Source: Marsupella aquatica
Taxonomy: Eukaryota > Plantae > Marchantiophyta
Assembly: GCA_973895155.1 (NCBI GenBank)
Contig: OZ316899.1
Coordinates: forward strand, 15,093,974-15,157,973
Direction: 5' to 3'
DNA length: 64,000 nucleotides
The position numbers were made by a program, and so were the translations under genes. The notes beneath the pieces are model-generated. The model searched no databases. It saw only the letters and a list, made by a program, of their open reading frames with translations, and had not been told where the DNA came from. Below, in pieces: positions 49,600 through 62,000 of the stretch (positions within the stretch are counted from its first letter, which is position 1; every line of letters begins with the position of its first letter).

Positions 49600-52258
49600 C
49601 TTTGATCTCAGCCGCTTCATCCCTCCTTAGTCGCCCACCGTCACTCCTGGATGTCTGTCACGATATTGTCCAGTTTGGCCCTTCAATTTTGGCTGCAATT
49701 CCTATCCGTGGGAATTCACTTAGCCAAGTCCTTAGCCAAAGTCAACCCACGTCGATACGGGACCGAACGGGCTTACGAGAGAGCCATCTGCTTAGCCGGC
49801 CATAATCACTATAATGGCAACTTTGACCTCCCATTCCAGAGTGAGCTTTTCCAAGCCGACAAAATCAGCGAGTACTTCTTTGTTGATGAGAAGTACGTCG
49901 GCTTTCGGGAAGCGCTCCTTTGGCTTCCAGACAAGGTTTACCATCTCCCAGGCACGATAGACTTGCAGCCGCACCACTATGACCATATCCCTGCCCGGGT
50001 TCAAGCCTCCATAGACTGTCAGTTTGGCCCGGCCCAAACAAGCAAGACTCCTATCTTAACTTCACTCGGCTTCCCCAAAGACTTCCTGAATCTAATGGCG
50101 CCTCCTCCAGCTACAACCGGCGCCAACTCATCGGTATCCGCGCCAACACCGCCCTGGCCTCAGCCAAGCCATCTCCACCACCGGTCGTACCACCTCTCCG
50201 AGTGCAATCTGTGGTGAATTCGGTGAACATTAGCTCCGAAGATGAGGAGGCTCACCCTACCCTGAACCGGCGGCCGCGGGGTGCAAATCAGCCTGCGCCA
50301 AGCAACCTAGCGCCACTTCAACAAGCATGAGGGGATAACACGATGACTATAGGGGCCCTCGCACCAATCCTTACGGCGGTAGCGCTACCGCCGCCTAATA
50401 GAGAGGATGGGGAAATGTCCCCCTCTTCAAGTCATTTCGAGAATCAGTCCCGGGGTAGGAAGAGAAAAGAACCCGCAACTGTATCTGGGCTGCCTTTAGC
50501 CACGGTTGCGGTGGCCAAGCTGACCATGCATCACATGGGGGAGAATGTCCACAAGAACATCCTCCACCCCAAGCGTATGAGCACCTCTCCTCTCTCCCTT
50601 GGAATGGAAGTAGGTACTACGGGCAGGATATGACGGAGTTCATTCAGAACTTTGACGAGGCCCACCAACAAACCCAGGCGCACGGGAGAGTGATGTGTCT
50701 CAATGGGTTTGACATGCGTGACAGTAAATAGGTTTACTGGTACCAGCAAACCTATTTACTGTTACCAGAAAAATGACAATGTAAAAATATTTCCTAAAAA
50801 ATCATATTTTGCAAAAAACAATTTGTCGACAACATTTTTTGGCTAGCTTTCGGCGCTAGCAAAAAAATATTTTTGGCAACAAAATAATAATAAACATTTT
50901 CACAAAAAAAAATTCCAAAAAAAAATTCCAAAAAAATTCCAAAAAAATTACCACTCATTTTCCTGTTACCAGTTTCTGTTTCCTGTTACTGTTTGCTGTT
51001 TGCTGTTGTTTGTAAATACCCCGTCTCAATGAGGCACGTCTGAAAATGATTTTCGACCTACCCGAAGGAAATAATTGGGTATAATCGTGGGCTCTCGGGG
51101 GCAAGGGAGCCAAATATCAGTCCTCTAGCTTCCCGGCCGAGGGGGAAGTGGACAACGGATTCTGGATGAGGACATGCCTCATCCCGGAGGTAGCGGAACG
51201 ACTGGAGTTCCAGTAGTATGCCCTCCACATGATGGAACCACGAAGCCAAATATCTGCCACCCAAGTCATACAAGTTGAGAACTATCGGCCTAGGAAGTGG
51301 GCGTCCTTCTTCGTCAAGAAGTTCCACGAGGAGATGGAGCGGAGAAGGAAGACTTTATACCTTGGAGGAAAGGCATACTTCGCTAGCCACATTGAGATCA
51401 TCATCGAGTGGTACACCCATTTTGACCGCCGAAGCCTCCCTCGTATCAACAAGCCCAAATTGACCCATCAAAGTGGATATTTCCGGCTCAGGAGAGGTGA
51501 TCGGCTTGTCCCTTCAAACCGTCAATCTGGGTCCGGAGCCGTGCAATCTTGGCGTCCTTCCCGGCTTCGGCTTGCTCTACAAAGGATGCCCGGGCTCTAG
51601 CTTTGGCAACCTGATCCTTAGTGGCCGTTGTCTGAGGCCGTAGTAGTTGGAGCTCAATCTCCAGGGCTGCCACTTCGTCCTTCAGGTGGGCAGACTCAAC
51701 TCGATACCGCTCTATTCTCTATGCAGCCTCAGCCTGCGCATGCCCTGCCTTCACGGCCACAACTAACTCCTGGTTGAAGAAGTAGGCCACCTTTTGTGCC
51801 ATGTACTCCCCGGTATTCCATGCAATTTGTTGACAGAAGTCTCCCAGCAATCCATTCAAAACGTGCCTGGTGAAAAGAGTATTGGGTGGTCCAGACTATG
51901 CCCCTCTGGATTTGGGCAAGGATAGACCTTAGCCCGTGCGGGAGTTGGAGTGGAGACATCCAGGCCTTGAGGTAAGTCAGTCAAGGGGGCTGGGTTCATT
52001 GGGGCTGGGCGATTCTCTTGCACAGTCATGGGGGTGGCGGGATCTCCTCTGCCACTATAGGCTCAGGCTTGGTTCTGGCCTCTCCCAACCCGGCTTCAAT
52101 CGTGTTGACCCGGTTGATCGCGTCTAGGGTTGCGATAACCGCGTCTAGGGTTGCGATAACCGCGTCTAGGGTCGCGATAACCGCGTCTACGGGTACGTTT
52201 GGTGGGGCGGCAGTGGCTGGTTGCGGGGTTGGGGTAGCAGGGCTTGCGGCTGCTAGAC
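49600..52258 (+). pseudogene. LTR-located accessory ORF remnants of family B (PMD-like + coiled coil), partly inverted
   Basis: 51229 ORF PRSQISATQVIQVENYRPRKWASFF...GGKAYFASH aligns with D PRPEIGKAQVYLAERPDPNRDYNKFF...GSVSRLGYH. TATA-like TATAAAAG at ~49545. Confidence 0.6.
50705..51021. mobile_element. Mutator-like MITE
   Basis: 9-bp TSD TGTCTCAAT/CGTCTCAAT (50696-50704, 51022-51030); GGG...CCC ends. Confidence 0.9.
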
Positions 52259-52606
52259 TTTGGCCAAACGCACTGCCCGAGCCGTGCAGGGGTGCAGGTT
52301 GCGGATGAGTGGTTGCAATCCCGGGTTGAGTGCCCGTATCATCGGAACTAGATCAAAGGCGGACAGCACAAAGGCTTAGAAGCCCGTAAGCCGGGGTCGA
52401 TCTTGCTATCAACTAAGGTATGTTCCGGCGATGGAACACAAATCATACCTAGGAAGTGTACGTAAGTAACAATAGACGCGCTTAGCGCTAGATTACGGGA
52501 GTTAGGTGCATTCCGTGCATCCCTCCCTGCCCAAACCCTCATACTAACAAAGGATGTGCCTGTCTAAGCCAAAGCTCGGGTTAAGGCCCGGGCTGACAAT
52601 GTGACA

Positions 52607-54323
52607 ATCAACTTCCATTTGCAAAAAGCAAATTGGCCGCCCAACAACCTCTAGCGCCCACGCAATCCAACTTTATCCTCAAGAGGCCAAGAGGAGTGAA
52701 ACTAGGATACAACTTGCAAAGGTAGCCACAGCTGTCTGTATCAGTTCACAACAGCGGTAGGCCGCTTTGCTTACGATAGCTTCCAAGGATCTTTGGGGCA
52801 TTGCCCAAATTTTCTTCCGGTTCCCAAGTACTCTTGGCCTGATCATAGCCAGCCCACTTCACCAAATACTCTAAGATTTGCGTTCCTAACTTGCATTTGT
52901 AATGGTAGTCCAGAATTGCCTCCACCTCAAACTCCTCAACGTCCTCCACCAGCATGGCGTCTGGACGCAAGACCTGATCCCGGTTGGGATCATTGTCTAT
53001 GACAAATTTCTTGAGCCGGCTAACATGGTAGCTTTTGCCTACGCCCATTTCCTTAGGTGTCTCCAACCCACCAAAACCGGATTATCCTTGTGGGCCCATC
53101 ATATGATGCGATAGGGCCCCGCATATTTGGGAGCCAGCTTCCTACTACTATGTTCCCCTGGTATTTCTCAGGCCTCAACTGCAACCAAACGCTCTCCCCA
53201 ATTTCAAAGCTTACCTCGCATCAATGTTCATCCCCTTGCTCCTTGTACCAACTTTGGGCAAGGGTCATACCCTTGGTAGCTGCTTCCACAACTAGGTGTC
53301 GCTCTCGAATAAAATCATCTACAGAAGGAAAATTGCTTCCGTTTGCCAAGCTTCCGGATTTATGAACCAGGAGGGCGCCCTTGGCGTCCTCCCTGTGGCC
53401 AACACAAACGGCGCAAACCCCGTTGCCAAATGCTTGGTCGAGTTATACCTATCTAGACTCGACCATTGTCAAGTGCTTTGCCCAATCCTTTTGATTGGCC
53501 ATCACAAAGTGACGCAAGTCGTCCTCCACGATACCATTCACCCGTTCTGTTTGGCCATCCGTCTCATGATGATACGCTGATCCTCTGGTAAGGTCTGTTC
53601 TGGATAACCGGAACAACACCTTCTAGAAATGGCCCATGAACTTGGTATTGCCATTGGAGACGATATGCAATGGCAATCCCCATTGTCGGAAGACATTGTC
53701 AAACACTAGACCGACAACCTCTTGGGCCAAAACCATTTTTGTAGTCGGCAAGAAATACGCCATCTTGGAAAAACAATCCACAATCATTAAGATGAATTTA
53801 TTGTTGTGGGACTCCGGTAACCCCACAATGAAGTCCATGGAGATGGACTCCCATGGAGCCGCAACTATTGGTAAGGGCTGCAGAAGTCCTCTTTTGCCCT
53901 ATAGACCGTTCGGTTCTTTTGGCACAAGTAACGTTACAACTTTGCACGTGGCAAAGAACCAATTGCTTCATGTCCGGCCAATACACATCTTGCGACATGT
54001 TTTGATATGAAGGAGCTTTTCCGCCATGCCCTCCATAGGGCGAGTCATGGTGCTTTTGCAGAACCTCTAATCTTAGAGACTCTAGGATGTACACACGCCT
54101 CTGCTTGTATTGCCATAACTGGACATTATGCACAGTATCCAACCCCAATGAAACGTGCCTCACCTTGCCTTGGCTACCTTCATTGCTTTGCCATTCCTTG
54201 GCTCACCTGCCATTCCCATACGCCTCGGCCAGAACCTTTGGCTACTTGGATTCAAGCATCGTGATCCCATTGACACGATGATGGTCCCTACGCGATAACG
54301 CGTCAGCTGTTGTGTTTGTCGTC
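52607..54323 (-). mobile_element. Second chromovirus family A fragment (INT, chromodomain, part of 3'UTR)
   Basis: Colinear with ~30573-32285; chromodomain ORF 52746-53066. Confidence 0.92.
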
Positions 54324-55288
54324 AATTGCGGAACTCAACTACCTTAACACTTAGCTCCGGCGTCGCTGACTCCGACGCCGAGCTCCCTTATGGTCCAGAC
54401 CCGGATAGGCCATCCGGGGAGGACTTAGCATGAAGATACTAGTGGGCAATGATACATGGCACTAGCGAAGGCAAGGAGCCAAGCTGGTGACACACACTAA
54501 GGACTTAGGCAAGCTGAGAGCTGGTCGGGTCAAGGGGAAAGGGGCCGGACTCAAGGTAATCCGTCTGGGACCCTAGATGGACTTTGAGTTCTGAGGGCTT
54601 GAGTGTGAGCTCCTCTTGGGCCCAAGGCCAATGAGGTTGACGCCATGGGCAACGGACACTTGGGGCATGAGTTAGGGCCCAATCCGGGTTTGGCCGATTG
54701 GGTACCCGAGCGACGATAAGACCTGAGGGCCTAGGCATGAGCACTGGGTTGGCCCAATCACAACGGGCTAAGGCACTCCGCTTGCGGACGCCTAACGAGA
54801 AAGTTATGGGCGTTGCCAGTTGATGGCGCGCCCACTATGCGCGATAGGATCCGGGTTGGAGGCCAAATGTTTAGGGACCAACGCTGGTCCGGGGGTGGCA
54901 GGTCTCCAGAAGCATATATGAGGGGAGTGGTGTCTCCCTGGGGGCCAAGGGCGAGCCAAAGTCGTGAGCCGCGACGATGGCGACACTAAGGGAAAGCGCC
55001 AAACAGAAACAACGATATCTTCCCAACGGGACGTCCGTTGGAGGACTTCTTGGGTGCGTTGGAAATCTCTCAAGGAGGGCTACGTCTTCCTAAGCTTAGC
55101 TGGGTCTGGGGGTGCCATGGGTTCTCAAGGTTTGCAGGTGTGAGCTCGCCCGCTTTCCAAATCCTGCCGAACAGCAGCCAAGCCGCATTCAGTCTCCCAA
55201 GGGAGCTTGCATTGGGAGGTGAGGCCAAGTAGGCATGGAGGTTGAGTTCCGAGGGTGCTCGTCCCCTAGACCATTAGTGGGGCGAGTT
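54324..55288 (+). repeat. A-family LTR (5' part) inserted antisense into the A fragment and cut by element C
   Basis: Starts AATTGCGGAACTC (AGT variant); colinear with 16225-17183. Confidence 0.88.
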
Positions 55289-55859
55289 TGATACCATGGT
55301 TATAAATAAGGAAATTAAAAAGTACAAAAATTTAAAAAAATTCAACTTTTAGTGGTTAACGGCGTATACTTTGACCGGAAAAGACCATAACAAACTACTT
55401 TGCAGTATCAAATCCGGAAATATCCGGATAGCACCTTTTTTGTGGAACTCTTAAGTAACAACACCGTTGAGCCATGCGAGTAGGCGTGGGAGAATGAATA
55501 TTAAAACCATAAGTCTGACATCCGACCGGAGACCGGAAGTTGGCAACCGAGTTCTTAAGACCGCGCTAGACCAAGCATTCCTCACACCACCGAATTGCTG
55601 CAGAAATCTTTTGCGAGGAATCATAGGAGAGTTTAGAGCCAGACAAGGCTGCCGTTTCGAGGCAATAGTTGAAAGGAAGTTGGTTACGGGGGAAGTGGAT
55701 GATCATTCGATTGAGAGGCGATGTTTGCAACTTGATTGAGATTTCCAAATTTGGGAATTTCGGATTTTGGAAGGATTTTAATTTGGTTCTTTCTCTCCAT
55801 CTTCTCATTATGGTGAAGAGAAAGGATCCGGATTTTGCCCCGAACAAATCCGGAATTCG

Positions 55860-57456
55860 GACGCTACCAAGCGAACGACGAAGGAGCGGACAGTGATTGT
55901 GAATGAAAAGCCACTCCGACCGAAGATTCCCACAGATTTGGCGAGGAAGGACCGCTTGCAAAAGAACCTTGAGACCATGGGTTGTGCAAAGTTGATGGAG
56001 TTGCCATGGGGCTACTAGAGTGCAGTATTCGTGAAGGAGGTCTGGAATTGTACGACCCTTGCTTCGGAATTTCCGGATTCTATTCGAGCCAAACCGGAAA
56101 AGTGGACTGCGGCAGTAATCTCTTCACTCTTGGATGTGCCTTTGAAAGGAGAAGGCTTCCTGACCTCCAAGAATTCCTTTGCAGATAACTATTTTGATGG
56201 TGAAGTGGATCCGAAAGACAATTGGAAGGTGTCCCAGTGCTGTAATGAGGAGTTTTACGATGTTCTGTCCTTTCGGCTTCCACTTCTTTCCCCTGCCAAG
56301 CCTCGACGAGTTACAATTCGGATTGGAAATACTATTGCTGCTTCTTACATAGGGGAGAAGAAGATTTCCTGGGCCAAAGTTTTGGAGGAAGTTATAGCCA
56401 ACCAGGTCCGGAATCTTCATTTGAAGACTCCCACATCCCTTTCTTGCTATCTAGCCAATATTTACGCGATGGACCGGATTCTTACAGATGAAGAAGCGGA
56501 GGAGTATGAGAATCAAGCCATGTTAGCCCAACTCTGAGATCTGGATCGACAACCATCTGAAGGGACTGAGTTGGAAGAAGAACCGGTTGTGGAAGTGCGA
56601 CCTCCCAGGACGCAGAAGAAATTTGTGCAGAGTCTGGAACCGGAACCTGTCCGGAGACCGGAAAGTAGAGGAAGTCTTCCGGGTGTGACCCCCAGTTTGA
56701 AGTGGACGGCATCAGCAGAGTTGGAGCATGTCCAGATTTTCTTGGAGAGTGCGGCCGGAAAGACAAAACAACTTGAGGACCTTGTTGGGACGGTTGCTGA
56801 GATGCTCAACTGCAGCCCAGTTGTCATCGTTTCCACTCTGGACATGGTGATCAAGAGTCAGGCTAAGAAGCGGATCTGGGACTTGGAGGATCAGGCCTTC
56901 AAGGACAGACAAAAGATTGACTCTTTGGTGGACCAGTTGGATGCTGCACAGAAGAAGTTGGAGGAACACCTGAAGATCCAGAAACTACTGAATGTTGCAG
57001 TTGCCAGTGTTCAGGAAGCACTTCATGTACCAGTCCTGAGCTTGTTGGAAGCTAACCTGATAGATAAGTATTTAGCGATAGCCAACCCAGGCACCCTTGT
57101 TAAGGTTATTGAGTGCAATAACCGCTTTGCCAAGAAGATTTCCGGAACGTTTGAGCAGATGGAGAAAGTGATTTTGGATGCGAAGTCCATGTTGACTCCT
57201 CCCAGAATCCGGAACGTCTCCGATGTTGCAAGAGGAAAATGAAGCAGGAGGCACTCCACCCGGATTTGAGAAGGTTGAGTTCCGTTTTCCGTCAATGTCA
57301 CCTCCGACTATCAATCCAACACGTGGAACACCTTTTGATTTGAAGAACTTGGAGGCTACTGCAAGTTTAGTTACATCTCCTCCTCTGAAACCTGCTAGTC
57401 TAGTTGATCTCACACATGAGTCAGTTAGAGTAGATGTAGTTGATGATGCTCAGTAG
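55860..57456 (+). pseudogene. LTR-located ORF of family C (PMD-like + coiled coil)
   Basis: MGCAKLMELPW...IRAKPEKWTAAVIS...ISWAKVLEEVIANQV...SLSCYLANIY, then the coiled-coil ORF 56571-57242. Lies upstream of the PBS. Confidence 0.7.
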
Positions 57457-58452
57457 ATTAGTTGTTTTAGTTAGTTAGTTAGCATTTTCGGATCCGACTA
57501 GGATCTAAATCCGGATTTAGTAGTAGAATCGGAAATCAAAATCCGGATTTTGCCTTACATCCATTTCCGGATTTTCCTTTGTTCTCATTTCCGGATTTTT
57601 ATTGACAGTTAATTTTTCTTCCACGAAAACTGGAAATGACACTTTGTGACTTTTGGGATCCTTCCTTTGTGTATCTTTGGAGGAACACAGATTCATTTTT
57701 TTTTAGTTCTCAGTTTCTATTGGAAGCATAGAAGCTCCTCCTCAGGTGCTCCTGTTGAGCCTTGACCTGTTGTGAGTAGAACTACAGACTCCTTCTCCTG
57801 TTGAGAAGTTAATACTTAGAAATTTTACCATCATACTTTGAAGTTGGATTTTGATTTGAATTACTCATATGGATTCTAGTTAGCATTGAACTCCTGCTGT
57901 TTCAGTAGTCGAAATGGAATGTTTCCTTTCCCATGAGTAATTATCTAAATTTGATTGAGAAGATATCAATTTCACAATCTAGAAATCTGTGTGTGAGAAG
58001 ATATCAATTCAAGCATTCTAGTACCGTCACATTTGTTGACCAGAAAGAATTCTTGGTTTGATAGCTAGATCTCCATGTCAATTTCTAGTTAATGTTTGAT
58101 GTCTATTTTAATTCGACCATGTTATGAGCTCTGTTGTGTTCTGAATCTTAAAAATCCAGAATCCTGTTGATTTGCTGGGGATCGTCATTTTCCATCATCT
58201 CTTCTCATGAATCAATTGATAAGACATTCTTACTAGTCCTTTTCCATGCCTTTCTTTAATTATTAGTTTTTGTGCATTGATTACTATCAATCCTCAGGAG
58301 AGAGAACTCCTTGGTGAGGTTATGCCAAATCAACATCTTATTTGTTCTTTTTAGTACCAAATTGCTTTTCATTCACTCTTACAGGGAAAGAATTCAGGTC
58401 TTTAGAGGTTAAAGTGTTCTTTAACGGTCTGACCACTCTACCACACGCTTTT

Positions 58453-58470
58453 TGGCGCCGCTGTCGGGGA
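58453..58470 (+). promoter_or_regulatory. Primer binding site of family C
   Basis: TGGCGCCGCTGTCGGGGA, the typical Athila/Tat-lineage PBS pattern. Confidence 0.85.
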
Positions 58471-59080
58471 GTGACCTGAGAAGTGAAGGTACTTTGATAG
58501 ATTTGAGTTGTGCAGAGGTTGAAGTAATCAAAGGAGACCATTTCAAGAGAGACCCCTCCTGAGTGGAAGGCCTTCAGAGCAAGCAGCCTCGAATCAATTC
58601 AAGTCGGTATTGGACGGAAGCGGTGCAATCAGCATAATGGAAGGAGCATATTTGAATGGATACGTTGATTCCGTAGAAGAATCTGAGCATGAGAAACATT
58701 CATTAAACTCCAGAAGCAAACCATATACAATCTTCAATGCTTCTAGAGCCTTCCAAGTGGAGTATGTGCATGCATTGGAGACCATGGATTTTGAAGAAGA
58801 TCACTTTCCTTTGAAAGAACGGAAATGATTAATTGCAAAAATGAAGAGAATTCTAGCAAAGGGAAGCCGAGATTCAAAGAGGCACTCCAACAAGGAAGTA
58901 TAGAGGAGTGGGAGTGAAATCCGGATTGTAGTGATATCCGGATTTTGAAGGAAGGATTGTGGTGATATCCGGATCTGGGAGGAAATCCGGACAGAAGGAA
59001 TATTTCCGGAAGAGTCATCTCAAATTGGTAATAGTAAGTTGTTGATGATTGTCGAGACTTATAGGCCAAGATGAGTAGGT

Positions 59081-62000
59081 ATGAGCGGAGTACCTTCAGG
59101 TGAAGCGGAGGAAACCGAGGAAGTTCCAAGTCAAGATCTTCACTCTTCCTCTCTACCACAAAGTGATTACGGGAGTCCACAGAACCCCCGTGTTGGTGCA
59201 GTATCTAAAGTTCTAGGATCGTGGACGAGCGGAGGAACACCAGACCGACCAACCAGGACTAGACCTGCATACGTGAATCTGAGGTCTGGGCCTAAACTCG
59301 TCGTGCCTTCTCTTAGGGGAAGAAGAAGGACTTCAGCGCAACCGAGTACAACTTCAGCACAAACTCTGGCAACGTCACCACCACCACCACCACCACCAGG
59401 ACTTGCAATGGCGAGCCGGTCAAGAATTTGATATGATTACTTCAGAGGGAAGAAGTCTAACTTTGAAGCCTGGATGGAGAATTTTGAGGGTGTGGCAATG
59501 TCCAACGGAGATGATGCACTGGATATAAAAGCTAAAAAAATTGGAGGTCTCATGAGAGGAGAAGCCAGAACATGGTACTCTAACCTGGCAAATACAGCTG
59601 ATTGGGCTATGGTTAAACCAGAATTTCTGAAGGCCTTCCGAGAAGATGGAGCCACTGCTCGGGCGTTTACCCGATTGAATTCCATAATGATGAAGAAGGC
59701 AGACTCCTTGAGTGGTTACCTCCAAAGGATTAACAGGCTAATCAAGAAAGTTACACCAGCTCCACCGGCTTACTTGATGAAGGAATGGTTTATCCAAGGC
59801 CTCTACCCTGGACTAAATAAGTTTGTGAGAAGGTCCAATCCTACCACGTTGATTGAGGCTTATGATGTAGCTCAATCTTATATAGATGCCAATCTCTCCC
59901 AACGGTCCCAGCTGGCAAAGGAGATAGAAGAAGAAGAAAGGAAAAAGAAAAAGAAGTCTAAGAAAAAGAAAAAGAAACAAGCCGATTCTTCCTCTTCTAA
60001 AGATGATACATCTAGTGAGAGTGAGGACAGTGGAGATGATACAGACAGCACTGATGAGGAGGAGGTGAAATCCAAGAAAGTGTCCATTGTAAAACATGCA
60101 AAAATGGCAAAAAGTGAAGGCAAAATGGTAGACATCATGGAGGGTCTTGCCAAACAGATGAAGGGATTGGCGGTAAACCTTGCGATGAATAACCCACCAC
60201 GGAGGCCCTTACAACAACAGAGGTACAATGTGTGGTGCGCGGTTTGTAAGAAAATGGGCCATTACCCTAATGAATGCCCTAGCTCAAAGCAAGTGAATTA
60301 CATTGCAGGTGAAGATTATGAGGGTGAGATGGACTGTGATCCGAAGTTCCAGAGGTATGAAGATTCAGTGTACCAAGTTCAACCTCAAGGCCCTGTACAA
60401 TACTTCCCTAGACCACCAGTAAGACCTCAAGGAGGACCTAATAGACCTGTCTATAAGCCACCTATGGCGCCACCAGGAGGATACCCACCACGAGGAACTT
60501 TGCCAAGAGGCATATGTTGGAATTGTGGAGATTAGTCCCATTTTTCACCACAATGTCCATGGCCAAAGAGACTGGAAGGGATGACCCCTTTGTGTGGAAA
60601 CTGCGGTAAGGAAGGTCACTTACCTATGGAATGTCCTACGCCACCAAAACCAAAGATGCTGGTCAGGTATGTACAAGAGCCAGTCAAAGAAACACAAAAA
60701 CCGGAATCTAATGTTCGGCTTGTGTGCTATGAGGAAGAAAGGTGGCTTTCGGAAGGGCAGGTGGACCATGTCCAGATTGTGGAGGTCACCTCTTCAACTC
60801 ATCGAGACCCAAGGAAGGAGTCTACCCCCCAAGTTGACATCATGAAGAAAAAGGAACAAATAAGGGAAAAACCTCTCCCAAATTCAGGTCTAAAGCTGCA
60901 TCCGGAAATTGGAATTGCTGACCTCAAATTTCCGGATATGAATGAAGGTGGACCGGAAGGCCTGGTATTTGACATTGAGGTGCCTCATTTGATCAAGGAC
61001 GAGGAACTTGGCCAACCCAACAAAAGAGTTAGGGAGAGAGACAGAGTATTGAATGTGTTTGCAGTGACTCGATCTAAGGAGAAAAAGTTGGCTAAACCCC
61101 TGGAGAAGGAACTGAAGAAGGTCAGACAGCCTACCACTGTGGAAAGAGAAGAGGTGGACCATAAGAATGATGGAGCATATGACCGTAATGATCCCAAATA
61201 TTTCTTGCCAGACATCTCTGCAGAAGTTAAGGAGATTTTGGCTCGGGAACTACAAGTGAAACCGGAAATCAAGAAGTCACTTACTCTTGCGATAACTTCA
61301 GTTGAGGAAGTTAAGGGAAATTGAAATTGGGGAAATCCCAACCATATGACATTGTAGCGGATATTGACAATGTCAAAGCCAACATCACTATAGGAGAATT
61401 GATAAGAATTAACCCTCAATTTCGAAGGGAGATCAGATTAGTGGGTGGTAGAAGAAGGAGAAAAGCCAAATTGCCAACTGTAGATGTGCATAATTGCTTC
61501 CACCTTGAGGCTTCGGATAGAGGACAACCTATATTGACAATTCAAATTGCTAGGTGTTCTATTTCGGGAGTCCCTGTTGATGGAGGATCGGGTGTCAATC
61601 TCATGACAGAATCTATTGCATACAGTTTGGGATTTGAAAAATTTGAGCCAACTGATCATTTCCTGAGAATGGCGGACCAAACCTGAGTTGCTCCCGTTGG
61701 CATTTTACAGAATTTGGATACAATAATTGGAGGAATTACATTTCCTTTGGTGTATGTAATTATTTGACCCTCTTCTCCTTCCAATTTTCCAATCTTGTTA
61801 GGGTGGCCTTGGTTGTATGGTGCCGGGGTGAAAGTTAATTGGACTATGAAGGAATTGACTTTTGGTACTCCCCGAGTGACAGTAAGCTGGGACGTAGATC
61901 CTCACCAAGGCGAGATAGAGATGGACAAGGGCTATACTTCAAATTCCACAGTCACATCAATAGAGTCTGATTTAGGCGGAAACAAGATGAAGAGACGGAA

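Larger units (their letters stand above)
37838..52606 (+). mobile_element. Non-chromovirus Ty3/gypsy family B: partial long 5'LTR (37838-43790), gag-pol, long 3'LTR (49187-52606)
   Basis: 43448-43790 is repeated at 52260-52606, both ending TGTGACA. 37840-38780 is homologous (inverted) to 51490-52120. PBS-like TGGTGCTAGATGGAGGG at 43804; PPT-like AAGCAGGGAG at 49174 then TGTGATG. Inserted in an A copy (right flank ATCAA). Confidence 0.85.
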
